IMG/VR virus record: IMGVR_UViG_2529292835_000008
Length of the DNA stretch: 4,214 bases
Strand: one strand, 5' to 3'
Source: a virus
Taxonomy: Duplodnaviria > Heunggongvirae > Uroviricota > Caudoviricetes
Position numbers and translations under genes: made by a program. Shown here piece by piece: positions 1 through 4,214 of the stretch (its first letter is position 1; the number at the start of each line of letters is the position of its first letter). The notes beneath the pieces were generated by a model that was not told the DNA's origin, did no database searches, and worked only from the letters and a program-made list of their open reading frames with translations.

Positions 1-2
1 GG

Positions 3-266
3 ATTGGAGCCGGAAGAATGGCCATTGACGGGCTCAAGGAGGTTCAGGAATCAGTGATGCGCATTGAGGCCGGACTGAGCACGTATGAGAAAGAGCTGGC
101 GCTGATGGGCGAGGATTATCAGGACATTTTCCGCCAGCAGGTCAGGGAATCTGCAGAGCGGGAAAAAGCCGGACTCTCACGTCCGGTGTGGATAGCGCAG
201 GCGTATCAGCAGCAGATAGCGGAGAGTCGCAGGCCGGAAGAGGAGACAACACCACGTGAGACGTAA
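3..266 (+). CDS. B: Portal protein, C-terminal fragment (5' end lies upstream of the window)
   Basis: Frame 0 is open from the window edge to TAA at 264-266. The translation (...MAIDGLKEVQESVMRIEAGLSTYEKELALMGEDYQDIF...) matches my recollection of the lambda gpB C-terminus, and the position immediately upstream of the C protease gene is the conserved lambdoid order. Confidence 0.8.
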   Translation: MGAGRMAIDGLKEVQESVMRIEAGLSTYEKELALMGEDYQDIFRQQVRESAEREKAGLSRPVWIAQAYQQQIAESRRPEEETTPRET

Positions 267-1562
267 TCTTTCACACATTATTGCCGCAGCATTCAATGAA
301 CCGCTGCTTCTGGAGCCCGCCTATGCGCGGGTTTTCTTTTGTGCGCTTGCAGGCCAGCTTGGGATCAGCCGCCTGACGGATGCGGTGTCCGGTGACAGCC
401 TGACTGCCCAGGAGACACTCGCGACGCTGGCGTTATCCGGTGATGATGACGGACCACGACAGGCCCGCAGTTATCAGGTCATGAACGGCATCGCCGTGCT
501 GTCGGTTTCCGGCACGCTGGTCAGCCGGACGCGGGCGCTGCAGCCGTACTCGGGGATGACCGGTTACAACGGCATTATCGCCCGTCTGCAACAGGCTGCC
601 AGCGACCCGATGGTGGACGGCATTCTGCTCGATATGGACACGCCAGGCGGAATGGTGGCGGGGGCATTTGACTGCGCTGACATCATCGCCCGTGTGCGTG
701 ACATAAAACCGGTATGGGCGCTGGCCAACGACATGAACTGCAGTGCAGGTCAGCTGCTTGCCAGTGCCGCCTCCCGGCGTCTGGTCACGCAGACCGCCCG
801 GACAGGCTCCATCGGCGTCATGATGGCTCACAGTAATTACGGTGCTGCCCTGGAGAAACAGGGGTGGAAATCACGCTGATTTACAGCGGCAGCCATAAGG
901 TGGATGGCAATCCTACAGCCATCTTCCGGATGACGTCCGGGAGACACTGCAGTCCCGGATGGACGCAACCCGCCAGATGTTTGCGCAGAAGGTGTCGGCA
1001 TATACCGGCCTGTCTGTGCAGGCTGTGCTGGATACCGAGGCTGCAGTGTACAGCGGTCAGGAGGCCATTGATGCCGGACTGGCTGATGAACTTGTTAACA
1101 GCACCGATGCGATCACCGTCATGCGTGATGCACTGGATGCCTAAATCCCGTCTCTCAGGAGGGCGAATGACCAAAGAGACTCAATCAACAACTGTTTCAG
1201 CCACTGCTTCGCAGGCTGACGTTACTGACGTGGTGCCAGCGACGGAGGGCGAAAACGCCAGCGCGGCGCAGCCGGACGTGAACGCGCAGATCACTGCAGC
1301 GGTTGCGGCAGAAAACAGCCGCATTATGGGGATCCTCAACTGTGAGGAGGCTCACGGACGCGAAGAACAGGCCCGCGTGCTGGCAGAAACCCCCGGTATG
1401 ACCGTGGAAACGGCCCGCCGCATTCTGGCAGCTGCACCACAGAGTGCACAGGCGCGCAGTGACACTGCGCTGGATCGTCTGATGCAGGGGGCACCGGCAC
1501 CGCTGGCTACAGGTAACCCGGCATCTGATGCCGTTAACGATTTGCTGAACACACCAGTGTAA
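256..1562 (+). pseudogene. C: Prohead protease C (S49/ClpP-like), disrupted by three frameshifts
   Basis: The homologous protein is split over three frames: frame 1 at 256-879 (207 aa, stop TGA 877-879), frame 0 at 864-~913 (VEITLIYSGSHKVDGNP), frame 2 at ~911-1144 (YSHLPDDVRETLQSRMDATRQ...DALDA, stop TAA 1142-1144), then frame 0 at 1140-1562 (PKSRLSGGRMTKETQ...NTPV). Joined, the segments give about 436 codons, consistent with the 439-aa lambda gpC. The first candidate start is GTG 256, preceded by GAGGAG at 240-245; the lambda-equivalent start position (247) reads CAA here. Confidence 0.75.
1167..1562 (+). CDS. nu3: Capsid scaffolding protein Nu3, nested in the 3' part of C
   Basis: ATG at 1167 is preceded by a strong Shine-Dalgarno AGGAGGG (1157-1163). 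The 131-aa ORF MTKETQSTTVSATASQ...NDLLNTPV is in the same frame as the final C segment and ends at TAA 1560-1562, with no frameshift downstream of 1167. If Nu3 instead begins at the upstream Met at 959 (MDATRQ, frame 2), that longer form is interrupted by the stop at 1142-1144. Confidence 0.75.
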   Translation: MTKETQSTTVSATASQADVTDVVPATEGENASAAQPDVNAQITAAVAAENSRIMGILNCEEAHGREEQARVLAETPGMTVETARRILAAAPQSAQARSDTALDRLMQGAPAPLATGNPASDAVNDLLNTPV

Positions 1563-1571
1563 GGGATGTTT

Positions 1572-1904
1572 ATGACGAGCAAAGAAACCTTTACCCATTA
1601 CCAGCCGCTGGGCAACAGTGACCCGGCACATACGGCAACCGCGCCCGGCGGATTGAGTGCGAAAGCGCCTGCAATGACCCCGCTGATGCTGGACACCTCC
1701 ACCCGTAAGCTGGTTGCGTGGGATGGCACCACCGACGGTACTGCCGTTGGCATTCTGGCGGTTGATGCTGACCAGACCAGCACCACGCTGACGTTCTACA
1801 AGTCCGGCACGTTCCGTTATGAGGATGTGCTCTGGCCGGAGGCTGCCAGCGACGAGACGAAAAAACGGACCGCGTTTGCCGGAACGGCAATCAGCATCGT
1901 TTAA
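1572..1904 (+). CDS. D: Head decoration protein D
   Basis: A 110-aa ORF from ATG 1572 ([27 protein letters not shown]...[10 protein letters not shown]) closely matches lambda gpD, with a few substitutions. An SD-like AAGGGA sits at 1561-1566. The ORF track's ATG at 1566 would add 2 residues but has no spacing to the SD. Confidence 0.9.
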   Translation: MTSKETFTHYQPLGNSDPAHTATAPGGLSAKAPAMTPLMLDTSTRKLVAWDGTTDGTAVGILAVDADQTSTTLTFYKSGTFRYEDVLWPEAASDETKKRTAFAGTAISIV

Positions 1905-1921
1905 CCTTACCCTTCATCACT

Positions 1922-1946
1922 AAAGGCCGCCTGTGCGGCTTTTTTT
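1922..1946 (+). terminator. D-E intergenic GC hairpin followed by a T-run (terminator-like or mRNA-stabilising stem-loop)
   Basis: Stem 1922-1930 (AAAGGCCGC) pairs with 1935-1943 (GCGGCTTTT), loop CTGT at 1931-1934, followed by a T7 run at 1940-1946. A second T7 run at 1953-1959 lies directly before the E start codon. Confidence 0.5.
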
Positions 1947-1959
1947 ACGGGATTTTTTT

Positions 1960-2985
1960 ATGTCGATGTACACAACCGCCCAGCTGCTGGCGGCAAATGA
2001 GCAGAAATTTAAGTTTGATCCGCTGTTTCTGCGTCTCTTTTTCCGTGAGAGCTATCCCTTCACCACGGAGAAAGTCTATCTCTCACAAATTCCGGGACTG
2101 GTAAACATGGCGCTGTACGTTTCGCCGATTGTTTCCGGTGAGGTTATCCGCTCCCGTGGCGGCTCCACCTCTGAATTTACACCGGGATATGTCAAGCCGA
2201 AGCATGAGGTGAATCCGCAGATGACCCTGCGTCGCCTGCCGGATGAAGATCCGCAGAATCTGGCGGACCCGGCTTACCGCCGCCGTCGCATCATCATGCA
2301 GAACATGCGAGACGAAGAGCTGGCCATTGCCCAGGTCGAAGAGATGCAGGCAGTTTCTGCTGTGCTTAAGGGCAAATACACCATGACCGGTGAAGCCTTC
2401 GATCCGGTTGAGGTGGATATGGGCCGCAGTGCGGCCAACAACATCACACAGTCCGGTGGTACGGAGTGGAGCAAGCGTGACAAGTCCACGTATGACCCGA
2501 CCGACGATATCGAAGCCTATGCGCTGAACGCCAGCGGAGTGGTGAATATCATCGTGTTTGATCCGAAAGGCTGGGCGCTGTTCCGTTCCTTCAAAGCCGT
2601 CAAGGAGAAGCTGGATACCCGTCGCGGCTCTAATTCCGAGCTGGAGACAGCGGTAAAAGACCTGGGCGAAGCGGTGTCCTATAAGGGGATGTATGGCGAT
2701 ACGGCGATCGTCGTGTATTCCGGACAGTACGTGGAAAACGACGTCAAAAAGAACTTCCTTCCGGACAACACGATGGTGCTGGGGAACACTCAGGCACGCG
2801 GTCTGCGCACCTATGGCTGCATTCAGGATGCGGACGCACAGCGCGAAGGTATTAACGCCTCTGCCCGCTACCCGAAAAACTGGGTGACCACCGGCGATCC
2901 GGCGCGTGAGTTCACCATGATTCAGTCAGCACCGCTGATGCTGCTGGCTGATCCTGATGCGTTCGTGTCCGTACAACTGGCGTAA
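1960..2985 (+). CDS. E: Major capsid protein E
   Basis: A 341-aa ORF from ATG 1960 (MSMYTTAQLLAANEQKFKFDPLFLRLFF...DAFVSVQLA) is near-identical to lambda gpE as I recall it. The ORF track's upstream start at 1933 lies inside the terminator-like hairpin and is probably not used. Confidence 0.95.
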   Translation: MSMYTTAQLLAANEQKFKFDPLFLRLFFRESYPFTTEKVYLSQIPGLVNMALYVSPIVSGEVIRSRGGSTSEFTPGYVKPKHEVNPQMTLRRLPDEDPQNLADPAYRRRRIIMQNMRDEELAIAQVEEMQAVSAVLKGKYTMTGEAFDPVEVDMGRSAANNITQSGGTEWSKRDKSTYDPTDDIEAYALNASGVVNIIVFDPKGWALFRSFKAVKEKLDTRRGSNSELETAVKDLGEAVSYKGMYGDTAIVVYSGQYVENDVKKNFLPDNTMVLGNTQARGLRTYGCIQDADAQREGINASARYPKNWVTTGDPAREFTMIQSAPLMLLADPDAFVSVQLA

Positions 2986-2987
2986 TC

Positions 2988-3008
2988 ATGGCCCTTCGGG
3001 GCCATTTT
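2988..3008 (+). promoter_or_regulatory. E-FI intergenic stem-loop with a TTCG tetraloop
   Basis: ATGGCCC (2988-2994) pairs with GGGCCAT (2999-3005), loop TTCG at 2995-2998, followed by TTT and a pyrimidine tract. The stem sequesters the in-frame ATG at 2988. Confidence 0.5.
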
Positions 3009-3026
3009 CTCTCTGTGGAGGAGTTC

Positions 3027-3413
3027 ATGACGAAAGATGAACTGATTGCCCGTCTTCAGGAGCTGGGTGAGCAACTGAACCGTGATGTCAGCCTGACGGG
3101 GACGAAAGAAGAACTGGCGCTCCGTGTGGCAGAGCTGGAAGAGGAGCTTGATGACACTGCCGATCAGGATACCCCTCTCAGCCCGGAAAATGCGCTGACC
3201 GGACATGAAAATGAGGTGGTATCAGCGCAGCCGGATACCGTGACTGATACGGCTGCTCTGGTCACGGTTGTGGCACTGGTGACGCTGCATACCGATGCAC
3301 TTCACGCCACGCGGGATAAACCTGTGGCATTTGTGCTGCCGGGAACGGCGTTTCGTGTCTCTGCCGGTGTGGCAGCCGAAATGACAGAGCGCGGCCTGGC
3401 CAGAATGCAATAA
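3027..3413 (+). CDS. FI: DNA-packaging / head assembly protein FI
   Basis: ATG 3027 is preceded by SD GGAGGA (3017-3022). The 128-aa product MTKDELIARLQELGEQLNRDVSLTGTKEELALRVAELEEELDD...MTERGLARMQ resembles lambda gpFI, with several substitutions and a small in-frame length difference in the acidic central region. Confidence 0.85.
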   Translation: MTKDELIARLQELGEQLNRDVSLTGTKEELALRVAELEEELDDTADQDTPLSPENALTGHENEVVSAQPDTVTDTAALVTVVALVTLHTDALHATRDKPVAFVLPGTAFRVSAGVAAEMTERGLARMQ

Positions 3414-3424
3414 CGGGAGGCGCT

Positions 3425-3778
3425 GTGGCTGATTTCGATAACCTGTTCGATGCTGCCATTGCCCGCGCCGATGAAACGATACGCGGGTACATGGGAACGT
3501 CAGCCACCATGACATCCGGTGAGCAGTCAGGTGCGGTGATACGTGGTGTTTTTGATGACCCTGAAAATATCAGCTATGCCGGACAGGGCGTGCGCGTTGA
3601 AGGCTCCAGCCCGTCCCTGTTTGTCCGGACTGATGATGTGCGGCAGCTGCGGCGTGGAGACACACTGACCATCGGCGAGGAAAACTTCTGGGTGGACCGG
3701 ATTTCGCCGGATGATGGCGGAAGCTGTCATCTCTGGCTTGGGCGGGGCGTACCGCCTGCCGTTAACCGTCGCCGCTGA
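3425..3778 (+). CDS. FII: Head-tail joining protein FII
   Basis: GTG start at 3425 is preceded by SD GGGAGG (3415-3420). The 117-aa ORF MADFDNLFDAAIARADETIRGYMGTSAT...GRGVPPAVNRRR matches lambda gpFII in length and sequence, and ends at TGA 3776-3778. Confidence 0.85.
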   Translation: MADFDNLFDAAIARADETIRGYMGTSATMTSGEQSGAVIRGVFDDPENISYAGQGVRVEGSSPSLFVRTDDVRQLRRGDTLTIGEENFWVDRISPDDGGSCHLWLGRGVPPAVNRRR

Positions 3779-3789
3779 AAGGGGGATGT

Positions 3790-4035
3790 ATGGCCATAAA
3801 AGGTCTTGAGCAGGCCGTTGAAAACCTCAGCCGTATCAGCAAAACGGCGGTGCCTGGTGCCGCCGCAATGACCATTAACCGCGTTGCGTCATCCGCGATA
3901 TCGCAGTCTGCGTCACAGGTTGCCCGTGAGACAAAGGTACGCCGGAAACTGGTAAAGGAAAGGGCCAGGCTGAAAAGGGCCACGGTCAAAAATCCGCAGG
4001 CCAGAATCAGGGTTAACCGTAACCGGCTCATTTAA
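3790..4035 (+). CDS. Z: Tail completion protein Z homolog, ending prematurely at 81 codons (lambda gpZ is about 192 aa)
   Basis: ATG 3790 is preceded by an AAGGGGGA SD-like run. Residues 1-77 (MAIKGLEQAVENLSRISKTAVPGAAAMTINRVASS...KNPQARIRVNR) match lambda gpZ nearly exactly. Similarity is lost from codon 78, and an in-frame TAA follows at 4033-4035. Confidence 0.7.
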   Translation: MAIKGLEQAVENLSRISKTAVPGAAAMTINRVASSAISQSASQVARETKVRRKLVKERARLKRATVKNPQARIRVNRNRLI

Positions 4036-4072
4036 ACCGTCTGGTCTGTTTCCTCCGGCTCTACAAAAATAA

Positions 4073-4094
4073 TGTCCATCATTTTTAATGGACA
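4073..4094 (+). other. AT-rich inverted repeat (hairpin) in the post-Z segment
   Basis: TGTCCAT (4073-4079) pairs with ATGGACA (4088-4094) around an 8-nt loop CATTTTTA. It lies in a locally AT-rich stretch (4060-4100), unlike the GC-rich coding sequence upstream. Confidence 0.4.
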
Positions 4095-4101
4095 CTATCG
4101 T

Positions 4102-4214
4102 ATGAAACACCGGACCTGGATCACTGAAGCTTTACGTCTTCACTTTGAAGAACATTTACCCCGGGTTGTGGCCGGGCGTCGCCTGGGTGTACCAAAATCA
4201 ACTGTTTGTAGTAT
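4102..4214 (+). CDS. Partial ORF (5' part only) encoding a helix-turn-helix-like N-terminus; identity unknown (divergent Z continuation or a DNA-binding/transposase-like protein)
   Basis: Frame 1 is open from 4036 to the window edge, with ATGs at 4072 and 4102. Translation from 4102 is MKHRTWITEALRLHFEEHLPRVVAGRRLGVPKSTVCS; the motif RRLGVPKSTV resembles HTH segments of transposase or regulator N-termini. No obvious SD precedes either ATG. Confidence 0.3.
   Translation, partial: MKHRTWITEALRLHFEEHLPRVVAGRRLGVPKSTVCS

Noticed and set aside
433-831. 132-aa minus-strand ORF antisense to C
   Set aside because: It lies entirely inside the conserved C coding region on the opposite strand. Its Arg/Gly/His-rich composition is typical of spurious antisense ORFs in GC-rich coding DNA, and it has no start context.
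959-1144. 61-aa plus-strand ORF as an independent small gene
   Set aside because: Its translation is the contiguous middle portion of the C protease, displaced into frame 2 by the frameshifts; it is not a separate gene.
856-1145. Programmed ribosomal frameshifting as the explanation for the C frame changes
   Set aside because: Three separate shifts (-1, -1, -2 in DNA terms) with no slippery heptamer or pseudoknot context, and one creating an in-frame TAA. Mutation or sequencing error is far more parsimonious.
864-1166. The N-terminal ~100 codons of the 232-aa ORF 864-1562 as real coding sequence
   Set aside because: Only 864-~913 and 1140 onward carry C/Nu3-like sequence in this frame. The stretch between (Cys/Arg-rich ...CLRRRCRHIPACLCRLCW...) is an out-of-frame read-through of C.
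1566-1571. ATG at 1566 as the D start (adds MF to the N-terminus)
   Set aside because: The SD-like AAGGGA ends at 1566, leaving no spacer. ATG 1572 gives a proper spacer and the canonical MTSKETF N-terminus.
881-1631. Minus-strand ORFs 881-1174, 1197-1631 and 1352-1582
   Set aside because: They are antisense to C/Nu3 with Cys/Arg-rich low-complexity translations; the plus-strand homology explains the region.
1591-1890. Minus-strand ORFs 1591-1890 and 1598-1786 antisense to D
   Set aside because: They overlap the well-supported D gene and have no independent support.
1933-1959. GTG at 1933 as the E start (ORF track, 350 aa)
   Set aside because: It lies inside the loop of the terminator-like hairpin and would translate through the T-runs; the gpE N-terminus MSMYTT begins at ATG 1960.
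2274-3206. ORFs 2274-2489 (-), 2693-2887 (+, alternate frame) and 2922-3206 (-) within E and FI
   Set aside because: They are embedded in or antisense to the strongly supported E and FI genes and are likely chance open frames.
3222-4110. Minus-strand ORFs 3222-3515, 3262-3510, 3527-3730, 3762-4031 and 3913-4110
   Set aside because: They are antisense to FI, FII and Z; the operon is unidirectional and these have no SD or start context.
1-4214. CRISPR arrays, tRNA or rRNA genes, or integrase/attachment sites
   Set aside because: There are no repeat-spacer periodicity, no cloverleaf-compatible segments and no rRNA-like conserved stretches; the window is almost entirely occupied by head genes.

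Overview
This window reads as the head-morphogenesis segment of a lambda-like (lambdoid) phage or prophage late operon, with all genes on the + strand and tightly packed. In order: the 3' end of portal gene B; the prohead protease gene C, broken into three reading-frame segments by small deletions, with the scaffold gene Nu3 nested at its 3' end and intact; decoration protein D; major capsid protein E; FI; FII; and a Z homolog that reaches a stop after 81 codons. The last ~190 bp are AT-richer, carry a hairpin, and hold an open frame with a helix-turn-helix-like motif of unknown identity. Two intergenic hairpins sit after D and after E. I found no rRNA, tRNA or CRISPR. Nothing here amounts to a clearly novel multi-gene system; the points worth follow-up are the frameshifted C gene and the Z 3' junction. 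All comparisons to phage lambda are from memory of the lambda proteins, not from a database search, and should be confirmed by alignment.
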